Positions 49,061 through 62,456 of a stretch of 64,000 nucleotides of DNA are shown here, piece by piece (within the stretch, counting starts at the first letter, position 1; every line of letters begins with the position of its first letter). Where the stretch lies: NCBI GenBank assembly GCA_963740085.1, contig CAVUCU010000004.1:576001-640000 (forward strand). The letters are read 5' to 3'. A program made the translations under genes and the position numbers. The notes beneath the pieces are model-generated. The model worked only from the letters and a program-made list of their open reading frames with translations. It made no database searches and was not told the DNA's origin. This stretch comes from Nitrospirota bacterium (GTDB lineage: Bacteria > Nitrospirota > UBA9217).

Positions 49061-51460
49061 ATGGAGATAATTGAACCCGAGAAGGAAAAAACAACACCCG
49101 TACCTGATGAACTGCCTTTGCTCCCACTCAAGGATACGATTGTATATCCGCTCACGGTCTATCCTCTGGTGATAGGCAAGGAAAAATCTATCAAGCTTAT
49201 CAATGATGTAACCATGGGTGATAAGATCCTCGGCTTGACCGCACAGAAAAAGGTGGATATCGAGGTAACAGGATTGGCTGATATCTATTCAATAGGGACG
49301 ATGGCCCGGATTCTCCAGATGGTCAAGGTCCCCGACGGAACGCTCAGGGTACTGGTCCAGGGAATCGAGCGGATCAGTATCACGGAGCTATCCCAGACCG
49401 AACCGTATTTAAAGGCCAGGATCAAGGCTTTTCCGGATAAGGCCGAAAAGTCCGTAGAGATTGAGGCGCTCATGCGCGGTGTCTCCCAAGTATTTCAAAA
49501 GATGGTATTGCTCACACCCAACATGCCGGAAGAACTTTCCGGTGCGGCCCTCAATATTGAGGATCCGCGCCAGCTCGCCTATCTCATTGCGACGAACATC
49601 CGCCTGGAACTGGCGCAACGACAGGAGATACTCGAAAGCGAATTGGTAAGTGACAAGCTCACCAAACTCATGCAGTATCTGAACCGCGAGGTCGAGGTGC
49701 TTGAACTCGGGAGGAAGATCCAGGGACAGGCCAAGGACCAGATGCAGAAGGCCGAGCGGGAATATCTTCTTCGTCAACAACTTTCGGCCATTCGCAAGGA
49801 ACTCGGCGAGGAGGGCGACGACGGTGCGGAGATGAAGAACCTGCGCGAGAAGATCGAACAGGCCAAGCTGCCTCCCGAAGCGGAGAAAGAGGCCAAACGG
49901 GAACTCGGACGCATGGAAAAGATTTCATCTGCATCTCCTGAATATTCGGTCATCCGCACATATCTCGAATGGATGACCAGCCTCCCCTGGAACAAGACCT
50001 CGGCTACGGCCATCGATATTGCCAGGGCCAAGGTCACCCTTGACGAAGACCACTATGATCTCGAAAAGGTCAAAAACCGTATTTTGGAATACTTATCCGT
50101 AAAAAAGCTCGGCGAAGAACGCAGTGCAGATGAGGGGATCAGGACACGCGAACCCATCTTGTGTTTTGTGGGTCCTCCGGGAGTGGGCAAGACCTCTCTC
50201 GGCCAGTCCATCGCTCGCGCCCTTGGAAGGAAGTTCATGCGACAGTCTTTTGGCGGTATGCATGACGAGGCCGAGATCCGGGGCCATCGGCGTACCTACA
50301 TTGGAGCCATGCCAGGCAGGATCATCCAGGCGCTTAAGCGGGTGGAGACAAGGGACCCGGTGATCATGCTCGACGAGGTGGACAAGATAGGTTCCGACTG
50401 GCGGGGAGATCCTTCTTCTGCGCTGCTCGAGGTGCTGGATCCCGAGCAGAACAAGGATTTTCGGGACAACTATCTCGATGTGCCGTTCGACCTCTCCAAG
50501 GTCATGTTCATCACCACGGCAAATCAGCTCGAGACCATTCCACCGCCGCTCCTGGACCGAATGGAAGTGCTCCAGTTGCCGGGCTATACCGAGCATGAGA
50601 AGCTGAGCATCGCGCAAAAATACCTGATCCCGAAAGAGATCAAGGCGAACGCACTTCGGACTGATGAGATCGTAATCCAAGAAGACGCGCTCCACGGCAT
50701 TATCAAGGATTATACGCGCGAGGCCGGAGTCCGGAACCTGGAGCGTGAGATAGCGAACGTCTGCCGCAAGGTTGCAAAGAATGTTGCGGAGGGGAAACCG
50801 ACACCCATCACGATAAAGGTGGAAGAGTTGCACGAATATCTGGGAAGACCAAGGTATTTTGCTGAGACCTCCATCATGATCGATCGGCCTGGGGTAGTCA
50901 CGGGCCTTGCCTGGACACCCACGGGAGGAGACATCCTTTTTGTCGAAGCGTCTCAGATGCCGGGAAACAAGCAACTGATCCTCACCGGCCAGCTTGGAGA
51001 TGTAATGAAGGAATCGGCCCAGGCCGCGCTTTCCTATGTGCGCTCGCAGGCAGAGTCATTCGGGATCAAAAAGGATTTTTTTGAAAAGAGCGATATTCAC
51101 ATCCATGTTCCCGCAGGTGCTATCCCCAAGGATGGACCGTCTGCTGGTGTTACCATGACCACCGCGATCGTATCCATGCTCACGGGCAGGCTGGTAAAAC
51201 ACGATCTTGCCATGACCGGCGAAATAACTCTTCGCGGCAAGGTCATGCCCATCGGAGGGGTGAAGGAAAAAGTACTTGCCGCCAAACGGGCAGGGATCAA
51301 GACCGTAATTCTTCCCCAGCAGAACAAGCACGATATCGAAGATGTTCCCGAGGACCTGCGCAAAGAGATGGAGTTCGTCTTTGTGGATACCATAGACCAG
51401 GTGATCAAGAATGCCCTGAAGGGAGAAAATCCTGAATCCGAATCACCAAATTCTAAATAA
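49061..51460 (+). CDS. lon: ATP-dependent protease La
   Basis: LPLLPL, GPPGVGKTS, GHRRTYIG, PKDGPSAG, catalytic Lys in GVKEK; start may be further upstream. Confidence 0.97.
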   Translation: MEIIEPEKEKTTPVPDELPLLPLKDTIVYPLTVYPLVIGKEKSIKLINDVTMGDKILGLTAQKKVDIEVTGLADIYSIGTMARILQMVKVPDGTLRVLVQGIERISITELSQTEPYLKARIKAFPDKAEKSVEIEALMRGVSQVFQKMVLLTPNMPEELSGAALNIEDPRQLAYLIATNIRLELAQRQEILESELVSDKLTKLMQYLNREVEVLELGRKIQGQAKDQMQKAEREYLLRQQLSAIRKELGEEGDDGAEMKNLREKIEQAKLPPEAEKEAKRELGRMEKISSASPEYSVIRTYLEWMTSLPWNKTSATAIDIARAKVTLDEDHYDLEKVKNRILEYLSVKKLGEERSADEGIRTREPILCFVGPPGVGKTSLGQSIARALGRKFMRQSFGGMHDEAEIRGHRRTYIGAMPGRIIQALKRVETRDPVIMLDEVDKIGSDWRGDPSSALLEVLDPEQNKDFRDNYLDVPFDLSKVMFITTANQLETIPPPLLDRMEVLQLPGYTEHEKLSIAQKYLIPKEIKANALRTDEIVIQEDALHGIIKDYTREAGVRNLEREIANVCRKVAKNVAEGKPTPITIKVEELHEYLGRPRYFAETSIMIDRPGVVTGLAWTPTGGDILFVEASQMPGNKQLILTGQLGDVMKESAQAALSYVRSQAESFGIKKDFFEKSDIHIHVPAGAIPKDGPSAGVTMTTAIVSMLTGRLVKHDLAMTGEITLRGKVMPIGGVKEKVLAAKRAGIKTVILPQQNKHDIEDVPEDLRKEMEFVFVDTIDQVIKNALKGENPESESPNSK

Positions 51461-51672
51461 CTTCAATATAATTAATAATTAAACCAAAATTAATCCACGA
51501 AGGACTTCAACGGGACGTCGCCTGAGTTCAGTCGAACGCCCAGTCGAGCCGCTTTAAATCAAAAAGAAGAGACGAAGAATTAGGTAATTAACAAGCCGCA
51601 TAACTTTGTGTGAATTTCTTCGTGTCTTTGTGGATATTTGGTGCCGGCTAGTCCGGCTTAGGATTTAGTAAT
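51428..51672. repeat. Nested composite of palindromic repeats
   Basis: 7-bp unit arm overlapping the lon 3' end; 9-bp type arms ATCCACGAAG / CTTCGTGTCTTTGTGGAT; motif 51633-51653 shared (inverted) with 24641-24660. Confidence 0.6.
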
Positions 51673-51694
51673 TCATGCTTCGCGTTTAATACAC

Positions 51695-52624
51695 ATGCGG
51701 GTAAATGCCTCTACAAAACGCCTTCCTCCCTGGTTTAAGATCCGACTCACGACGAATGACCGTCTGGCGAATGTCCGGAATCTGATCAGGGACAATAACC
51801 TCCATTCGGTTTGCAGCAGTGCGGCCTGTCCAAACCAGACCGAATGCTGGAATGCGGGCACTGCCACGTTCATGATCCTCGGAAATATATGCACCAGGAA
51901 CTGCCGGTTCTGCGGTGTTCCCAAAGGCTTACCGCAGGGACTTGATCTTGATGAACCGGACCGTGTGGCTCATGCCGTGGCGTCTCTTGGCTTGAAATAC
52001 GCCGTCATCACGTCGGTCACCAGAGATGATCTGGCCGATGGCGGGTCCTCGATGTTTGCTGCTACTATCCGCGCCATACGAAAAAAGACTGCTGACTGCA
52101 AAATCGAGGTTCTGATCCCTGATTTTAAAGGTTCCCCGGTCGCTCTCGAAACCGTACTCGATGCCTCACCTGATGTTTTGGATCACAATATCGAGACTGT
52201 GCCGGCATTGTATCCGACTGTGAGACCGCAGGCTGATTATCAGAGATCGCTGGCCTTGCTCGCGACTGCGCGTATACATGGTGCGGTCACAAAAACCGGA
52301 CTTATGCTCGGCCTCGGAGAGGCCGTTGATGAGGTCAGAGCGGTCATGCATGATCTCAGAAAGCTCGGTTGTTCCATCCTGACACTCGGCCAATATCTCC
52401 GGCCCGGTAAATACCATCTCCCCGTTGAAAAATACTATCATCCCGACGAATTTACCCAACTTCGCGATGAGGGTATGACGATGGGATTTCGTCACGTCGC
52501 AGCCGGACCGCTCGTCAGGAGTTCCTATCATGCTGAGCAGCATGGGCCAGGGGAGCTTTCAAAACACGCCCATGAGACCGATCTGATGAGCTCTTCAGTG
52601 CAGTCCTCAAGAGAAAGAATATGA
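51695..52624 (+). CDS. lipA: Lipoyl synthase
   Basis: CSSAACPNQTEC, CTRNCRFC, HNIETV, GQYLRP, VRSSY. Confidence 0.96.
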   Translation: MRVNASTKRLPPWFKIRLTTNDRLANVRNLIRDNNLHSVCSSAACPNQTECWNAGTATFMILGNICTRNCRFCGVPKGLPQGLDLDEPDRVAHAVASLGLKYAVITSVTRDDLADGGSSMFAATIRAIRKKTADCKIEVLIPDFKGSPVALETVLDASPDVLDHNIETVPALYPTVRPQADYQRSLALLATARIHGAVTKTGLMLGLGEAVDEVRAVMHDLRKLGCSILTLGQYLRPGKYHLPVEKYYHPDEFTQLRDEGMTMGFRHVAAGPLVRSSYHAEQHGPGELSKHAHETDLMSSSVQSSRERI

Positions 52625-53448
52625 ACGTATCCGTCATTGTACCCACCTATAACCGTCCCGGGGCACTCAAGCTTTGCCTGAAGAGCCTGGCAGGACAGAG
52701 TATGGTACCGTCAGAAGTCTTAATTGCCGATGACGGGAGCTCTTCCGAGACACGGGATTTTGTGCAGGAAATGCAGGGGTCGCTTCACGATATTTTCCCC
52801 ATCAAACATATTTGGCAGGAGGATATCGGCTTCAGGAAGCCTCAAATCCTGAATCAGACAGTCAGGCAGACAACCGGAGACTACCTGATCTTTATCGACG
52901 GCGACTGTATGGCGCACCGGAATTTCGTTCAGGCTCACGTAGAGCACAGCAGCTCTTCAGCTATTCTGGGCGGCAAGCGGGTTGAGATTGGAAAGAAATT
53001 GACAGAACAACTGCTTAAAGAGGGAATGATATTGAACAGCTTCAACCTGCGGCTCATTCTGGACTCTTTGGTCGGCAATTCTCGAAAAGTCGAAGAAGCA
53101 ATCCAGATTAAAAATCCGCTTCTCAGACGTCTTATGCACCGCGATCAAATTACTGACGATGGCATCTGGGGTTGTAATTTCAGTCTTTCTAAAAGCCTGT
53201 TCATGGACATCAACGGCTGCGATGAGGACTTCCTGGACGGATCGCTTGAGGATAATGACCTCGGCATCAGGGTGTTGAACCAGGGTAAACAAGTCAGATC
53301 GGTAAGAGGCCTCGCGATCGTACTGCATCTCTGGCATCCTTCGTCGTGGAGCTTTGAAGGAGAAAAATACCGGGATAACTTAAAAATAATAAAACGCCGG
53401 ATAGAACTCAAAGAGACTTTTTGTAAAAACGGGATTAAGAAACTTTAG
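52621..53448 (+). CDS. Glycosyltransferase family 2
   Basis: VIVPTYNR, IADDGS, FIDGD, WGCNFS, EDNDL. Confidence 0.92.
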   Translation: MNVSVIVPTYNRPGALKLCLKSLAGQSMVPSEVLIADDGSSSETRDFVQEMQGSLHDIFPIKHIWQEDIGFRKPQILNQTVRQTTGDYLIFIDGDCMAHRNFVQAHVEHSSSSAILGGKRVEIGKKLTEQLLKEGMILNSFNLRLILDSLVGNSRKVEEAIQIKNPLLRRLMHRDQITDDGIWGCNFSLSKSLFMDINGCDEDFLDGSLEDNDLGIRVLNQGKQVRSVRGLAIVLHLWHPSSWSFEGEKYRDNLKIIKRRIELKETFCKNGIKKL

Positions 53449-53527
53449 GAAAGCATAAGAGTATAATCGGACAGGGGAGTGAAAAAAAACCGCAAGAAAC
53501 CGGAAAAGAAAAACAGATATATTCACA

Positions 53528-53555
53528 ATTTAACATAATATACATTATCAGACAA
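53528..53555 (-). other. dif: dif-like XerCD recombination site
   Basis: Minus strand TTGTCTGATAA-TGTATA-TTATGTTAAAT; XerD arm and spacer identical to E. coli dif; AT-rich gap between convergent genes. Confidence 0.85.
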
Positions 53556-53643
53556 TTTAAATAATAAAGGTAAACGTAACTTAACAGCCTTTAACTTACT
53601 GTTATATTGACAGTTATATTATATAGTTCACGTATTTTTAATG

Positions 53644-54519
53644 CTAAAACTTTACGCTCATTAATCCCATAACCCTGCCTGAATTGTCATATCCCTCAAG
53701 TTTTTTGTGCAAAGATTGGGACCCGATGGTAAGATTGAACCGTTCGGTCACCAGCCTCAGGCCGTAAGTAAGCCCGGTGTAGTCTCCACCGCCCAGGGTA
53801 ATCAAGTCTTTCCCCGTTAACAAGGAAAACTCAACGAACATCTGAAGGTTCTTATATTTACTGATCGGGAAAAGCATACCCGCATTATATATCTGGTACA
53901 TGTCCTTGAGTCGCTTTGAGGTCAAATCCTGTCCTACCATTTGCCCATCAATATAGATACCGAGGATATGATCCTGCCAGCTGACCTCGGTGCCAACTGA
54001 CAGGCCTAATCGCATCCCCCAATGGGAAACCGCGTTGGTTTTAAGGTCGCTATTGTTTTCCGTCGGTATCATGCCGGAGACGATTAGGGAGACCGCCGGA
54101 CGCACCGAGGCTTCAGGTTGGGGAAGAAAATTCCATTTGTATGACAATTCGATGTCTCCGGTTTTTCGAGTGACCACAGTCGTGCCGGTTGGACCTTCCG
54201 AGATGCTAAAGTATGAAGTTTTGAATGCGAGTTCCGAGTGACTCGATATTCCAATGGTTGCACTTAATGGATACTCGGTAATAGTATAATCAGGCCTGAT
54301 ACTGTTTTCAGACACGACAGAAGCTCCGATCTCGATGGTTCCCGGTGTAAGAGTATAGGGTGATGTGGTTATTAGAAGGCCAGTGAGTCCCGATGTGTTT
54401 ACCGGCCGGTTCACGATATCAAGTTCCTCCGCCACAACAACGTCAGTCTTCCAACACAGCAGCGCGCAAAAGAAGAACAACAGGACGGGAAATTTCTTTT
54501 TTATCAGAGTAATGATCAT
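53644..54519 (-). CDS. Hypothetical exported, probably outer-membrane beta-barrel protein
   Basis: Signal peptide, GLTGLLITTSP, amphipathic strands, terminal Phe (MSVKF). Confidence 0.7.
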   Translation of the reverse strand: MIITLIKKKFPVLLFFFCALLCWKTDVVVAEELDIVNRPVNTSGLTGLLITTSPYTLTPGTIEIGASVVSENSIRPDYTITEYPLSATIGISSHSELAFKTSYFSISEGPTGTTVVTRKTGDIELSYKWNFLPQPEASVRPAVSLIVSGMIPTENNSDLKTNAVSHWGMRLGLSVGTEVSWQDHILGIYIDGQMVGQDLTSKRLKDMYQIYNAGMLFPISKYKNLQMFVEFSLLTGKDLITLGGGDYTGLTYGLRLVTERFNLTIGSQSLHKKLEGYDNSGRVMGLMSVKF

Positions 54520-55118
54520 TATTTGCCTATCTTTGGTTCTGTTCCTGCAAGAAGCCGCTTGATATTTTCCCGGTGTCGATAATAGATCATGCCGAAAATA
54601 AAGAGGGAAAGTAAACCATAATTATTTGAAAGGGGCGAGATTGCAAAAAAGGTTACCCCGAGATAGAAGGCGAATGAAATGAGCGCCGCGAGGGAAGAAT
54701 AACCCCAGATGTATGCGGCAAGCGCCCAGATAAGAAGGCACAGGAGGCCTGTCAAGGGGGCAACCGCAAGGACAACTCCAAAACTGGTTGCCACCCCTTT
54801 CCCGCCTTTAAAATTAAGATAGATGGGGAAATTATGTCCCAGGACGGCGGCCGCACCGGACAAAACCGTTGCAGTATCGTCATGGAAAAAAGACTTCACA
54901 AGCAACACGGGTATCAGGCTTTTCAACACGTCAGCCAGAAGGGTCAGGACCGCCGCCTTTTTTCCTGCAGCCCGAAGCACGTTGGTAGCGCCGATGTTGC
55001 CGCTCCCGACGGTGCGCACATCAACGTCGGAAAAGAGTTTACTGAACATGAGGCCGAACGGCACTGCGCCCAGTAAATAGGATGAGAGGATCGCGAGTAT
55101 CTGGATGAGGGTATCCAT
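54519..55118 (-). CDS. plsY: Glycerol-3-phosphate acyltransferase PlsY
   Basis: YLLGAVP, GSGNIGATN, GHNFP, FKGGKGVAT, HRENIKRL. Confidence 0.96.
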   Translation of the reverse strand: MDTLIQILAILSSYLLGAVPFGLMFSKLFSDVDVRTVGSGNIGATNVLRAAGKKAAVLTLLADVLKSLIPVLLVKSFFHDDTATVLSGAAAVLGHNFPIYLNFKGGKGVATSFGVVLAVAPLTGLLCLLIWALAAYIWGYSSLAALISFAFYLGVTFFAISPLSNNYGLLSLFIFGMIYYRHRENIKRLLAGTEPKIGK

Positions 55119-55123
55119 AACGG

Positions 55124-55672
55124 CTAGTTCAGTTTTTTCCAGTAGGTCCTGAAGTACTGCAATGCTGAATACACGGAGAGGATCATTGCAATCCAGAGTG
55201 CGTACCACCCGAGATCTCTCATCCAATCCTCGGTAAAGACATGATCAAGAAGAAGGGAAAGAACTGCGGTGATCTGGGCCCCTACTTTGTATTTACCGAC
55301 GGTTTCTGCCGGAATGATAATGCCGTCGCTCGACGCAATCGCGCGGAGCCCGGTAACAGCAAACTCCCTCCCGATGATCAGGATTGCCATCCAGGAACGG
55401 ACAATGTGCGGGGGTAATGCCACTAAGATGACCAGTGCGGACATAATCAAGATTTTATCCGCAATGGGGTCAAGAAGTTTCCCCATTTTAGTCACCTGCC
55501 CCCATTTTCGCGCTAAATAGCCATCGAGCCAGTCCGTGGCAGAGGCAAGCGAGAACACAAGGCCCGCAGCGAGCGTCCGTACCGGGCTGGGTTCGAGCAT
55601 AAGAACGATGAAGATTGGCACCGCCAGGATCCTGCTTATCGAGAGCAGATTAGGTATGTTGAAAATATTCAG
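55124..55672 (-). CDS. pgsA: CDP-diacylglycerol--glycerol-3-phosphate 3-phosphatidyltransferase (probable CTG start)
   Basis: NIPNLLSISR, DWLDGYLAR, GKLLDPIADK, REFAVTGLR; SD GGAGGAG 6 nt before CTG. Confidence 0.93.
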   Translation of the reverse strand: MNIFNIPNLLSISRILAVPIFIVLMLEPSPVRTLAAGLVFSLASATDWLDGYLARKWGQVTKMGKLLDPIADKILIMSALVILVALPPHIVRSWMAILIIGREFAVTGLRAIASSDGIIIPAETVGKYKVGAQITAVLSLLLDHVFTEDWMRDLGWYALWIAMILSVYSALQYFRTYWKKLN

Positions 55673-56568
55673 GGTTGTCTCCTCCAGCGGCGGTGCATCC
55701 AGACCCACTGTTCCGGGTTTTTTCGTATCGAATTCTCTATCTTCTTCGTAAGCATGGCAGTATTGGCTAGTATGTCTTTTTCGCTGTCGCCTGTTTGAAC
55801 CAGTTCGACCGGTCCTTCGACGGTGATGGTATGCCTGTTATCTCTATTGCGGTGGACGTAACCGAAAATCACCGGCGCTCCGAATTTTAACGCCATCGAT
55901 GCAGCTGCCGTCGGGGTCCATGCTGGCCGTCCCATGAAGTCCACGAAAGTGCTCTCCACATCCGTATCCTGATCAATCAGGATACCCATGATGCGATTTT
56001 CCTTGAAAACCCGTACCAGTTCTCTTGATGCGCCCGGCCTGCTGCGCAGGATCGTCCTCACACCCATCCCCGCGCGCAATCCCACGATCATGTCGTTTAC
56101 CTGTTCCGGTTCGATGGGTGCCGCTATGACGCTGAGGTTGTATCGGGCCGCAACAGCATGGCCCATGATCTCCCAGTTGCCGATATGACCGGTAACATAG
56201 ATCACTCCCTTGCCGCTGCCGATTGCCGTGTGAAGCGCTTCTTCTCCCCTGAATTCGATGACCTGTTCAAGACGTCGGGGCGTCATGAGCATGACCTCCA
56301 GCACGCACTTACCCAGATGAATGAAACAGCTTTTGGCCGTATGGCGTATCCATGAACTGTCTTTTTCAGGGAACGCAATCGTCAGATGGGTGATCGCCCT
56401 TTTCCGCTCCCGGGGAAGCAGAAAGTACGTAATTAAACCGAGCCTGCCTCCCGCCCAAACACCCGCTTGATACGGCATGAGCAAAGAAAATAACCTGACA
56501 AGTCTGGTGGACCATATCAGGGACAAGCGTGTTATCCATTTTCTCGTCTGCAGCGCCCATTCTCTCAT
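55669..56568 (-). CDS. Lipid A late acyltransferase (LpxL/HtrB family)
   Basis: HIGNWE, ILIDQD, PEQWVWMHRRW; in the kds operon. Confidence 0.9.
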   Translation of the reverse strand: MREWALQTRKWITRLSLIWSTRLVRLFSLLMPYQAGVWAGGRLGLITYFLLPRERKRAITHLTIAFPEKDSSWIRHTAKSCFIHLGKCVLEVMLMTPRRLEQVIEFRGEEALHTAIGSGKGVIYVTGHIGNWEIMGHAVAARYNLSVIAAPIEPEQVNDMIVGLRAGMGVRTILRSRPGASRELVRVFKENRIMGILIDQDTDVESTFVDFMGRPAWTPTAAASMALKFGAPVIFGYVHRNRDNRHTITVEGPVELVQTGDSEKDILANTAMLTKKIENSIRKNPEQWVWMHRRWRRQP

Positions 56569-57084
56569 GAAGTATACAGCTTGCCCTGATGCTTCAGTAT
56601 GAGGTTGATGAACTCACGCACTGCGCCCCTCCCGCCCGCTGTTTTGGTCACCATGTGCACGAATGGCTTCACGGAGGGGTCCGCATCGGCAACAGTCACG
56701 GCAAGACCAGCGCGCTTTAAAATACCCACATCAACGACATCGTCCCCCATATACGCAACATCCTCGTCAAGGAAACCGTATTTCAGCAGGATCGATTCGT
56801 AAATCGCTATCTTCTCGTACGCTCCCTGATGTACTTCCTCGATGCCGAGCTCCCGCGCACGGATGTTTACGACCTCTGATTTTCTCCCCGTGATAATGCC
56901 GACGATAATACCGGCACGTTGGGCCAGTTTGATCCCGTGTCCGTCGCGCACATGGAATGCCTTGAGCTCATTGCCCTGAGTGTCAAGCACGATCCTGCCG
57001 TCGGTTAACACGCCGTCAACATCAAGCAACAGAAGCTTGATGTTTTATCGCCTTCGACTGGATCGATGTTTTAGTTGTTCTCAT
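56565..57084 (-). CDS. kdsC: KDO 8-phosphate phosphatase, with a 1-bp frameshift near 57043-57048
   Basis: LDVDGVLTDG, RDGHGI, GGRGAVRE; ATG 57084 to stop spans 520 nt (3n+1). Confidence 0.9.
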
Positions 57085-57112
57085 TGACTCCGAACTCCGA
57101 AATTGTTATAAG

Positions 57113-58077
57113 TCACACCACCCCGGCCTTCAGCAGATCGTGGAGATGAATGACCCCTTCAGGCGCACCGTTGGAGTCCGATATGATGAGCGAGGTAATG
57201 GAGTTATTCTCCATGATGGCCACGGCCTCCGCTGCAAGGGAATCTTTCCTTGCGACCTTCGGATTTCTGGTCATGATGTCCTTTGCCGATTTCGCGAGCA
57301 GGTTCTCTCCCGATTTCTCGGTTTTTTCCATCCATCGACGGAGATCGCCGTCGGAAATAATACCGACCAGTTTCCCAGATGCATTCACAACCGCTGTGAT
57401 GCCCATCTTCTTAGATGATATTTCGTAGATCGCATCCTTGATAAGCGTGCCCTCGGAGACGATCGGGACGTCAGTTCCGCTGTGCATCAGGTCCCGCACA
57501 CGAAGCAGGAGCTTTTTGCCAAGCGCTCCGCCGGGGTGAAAGCAGGCAAAGTCCTCTTCCCGGAATCCACGCTGGTCCAGCAGCACAACGGCCAGGGCAT
57601 CCCCCATCGCCAGTGTCGCCGTGGTGCTTGCCGTCGGCGTGAGCCCAAGAGGACAGGCCTCTTCCTTAACTCCGACGTCGATGACCACGTCGCTGTTCTT
57701 GGCCAGGGTGGACTCTGGATTTCCGGTGAGCGCGATGATGCCGATCCCGAGCCGCTTCAGCGACGGCAGCATTCTCGATACTTCATCGGTCTCGCCGCTG
57801 TTGGAGAGGGCTATTACCGTGTCGCCTCTCATGACCATACCGAGGTCTCCATGGATGCCCTCGGCCGGATGCAGAAAGAGCGCGGGTGTGCCGGTGGATG
57901 CGAGCGTGGCAGCGATCTTCTTGGCAATGAGTCCGGACTTGCCCATGCCGGTTACAACGACCCGGCCTTTACAGCTCAGGATCATCTTTACGGCCTGTTC
58001 GAATCGTCCGTCAATACGGTCAATAAGCGCCGCGACTGCTTCGGCTTCTATTCCCAAAACCTTTTTCGCCCGGTCAA

Positions 58078-58081
<4 letters not shown>
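57113..58081 (-). CDS. kdsD: Arabinose-5-phosphate isomerase (KpsF/GutQ, SIS+CBS)
   Basis: GMGKSG, HPAEGIHGDLG, FHPGGALG, DGDLRR. Confidence 0.95.
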
Positions 58082-61342
<3,261 letters not shown>

Positions 61343-61410
61343 ACCGGTTGGTCATTAAGATCACGCTCGGCAGCTGCTTATAATTTGGTAATTGATCAGG
61401 GGATCCTATT

Positions 61411-62355
61411 TTACTTGGCTTTTGAGATAGCCAGTTCTTTTTTGAAATATTCGATGGTTCTCTTGAGCCCTTCGTCAACCGATACTTTGGGCTGCCATCC
61501 GAGTTTCTCTGATGCAAGGGTAATATCGGGCATGCGTTGTGTTGGATCGTCCGACGGAAGCGGTTTGTAAATAATCTTCGATTTGGACCCCGTCATGGCA
61601 ATGATCTTCTTCGCAAAGTTTAGGATCGTGTATTCGTCCGGGTTCCCGATGTTCACGGGGCCGGTGAAGTTCTCGCTGTTCATCAGCGTCACCATGCCGT
61701 CGATGAGATCGTCCACGTAGCAGAAAGAGCGTGTCTGTGAACCTTTGCCGTAGACGGTGATGTCCTCTCCCTTGAGCGCCTGGACGATGAAGTTGCTCAC
61801 GACACGGCCGTCGTCGGCCAGCATCCGGGGGCCGTAGGTGTTGAAGATGCGCATGATCTTGATGTCCACGCGGTTCTGGCGATGGTAGTCCATCATCAGG
61901 GTCTCGGCAGCGCGCTTGCCCTCATCATAGCAGCTCCGGATGCCGATGGGGTTCACATGTCCCCAGTAGTCCTCTTTTTGCGGGTGCACTTCGGGGTCGC
62001 CGTAGACTTCCGACGTGGACGCCAGGAGCATTCTCGCATTGACCCTTTTTGCGATGCCGAGCATGTTGAGCGTGCCCATGATATTGGTCTTGATGGTCTT
62101 GACCGGATTGTACTGATAGTGGATAGGCGAGGCCGGACATGCCAGATGGTAGATCCTGTCCACCTCCAGGAGAATGGGAAGAACAATGTCGTGCCGCACC
62201 AGCTCAAAAGAAGGATTTCGCAGGAACTCTGCAACGTTTCTCTTTCTGCCGGTAAAAAAATTATCCAGGCAAAGCACTTCATCCCCGTCCCGAAGCAGTC
62301 GTTCGCACAGGTGTGATCCTAAAAAGCCCGCACCGCCGGTTACCAGAATTCTCAT
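61411..62355 (-). CDS. UDP-glucuronate decarboxylase (UXS-like SDR)
   Basis: [38 protein letters not shown]. Confidence 0.93.
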   Translation of the reverse strand: MRILVTGGAGFLGSHLCERLLRDGDEVLCLDNFFTGRKRNVAEFLRNPSFELVRHDIVLPILLEVDRIYHLACPASPIHYQYNPVKTIKTNIMGTLNMLGIAKRVNARMLLASTSEVYGDPEVHPQKEDYWGHVNPIGIRSCYDEGKRAAETLMMDYHRQNRVDIKIMRIFNTYGPRMLADDGRVVSNFIVQALKGEDITVYGKGSQTRSFCYVDDLIDGMVTLMNSENFTGPVNIGNPDEYTILNFAKKIIAMTGSKSKIIYKPLPSDDPTQRMPDITLASEKLGWQPKVSVDEGLKRTIEYFKKELAISKAK

Positions 62356-62456
62356 TTTTCTCCTTTACACGAAATACCTGAGAGCACTGAGTAACTTGAA
62401 TGGAGAGCAAATCTTATTTTCCATTCTTTGCTCTGTGCTTTTGTCCAGCACTGTCG

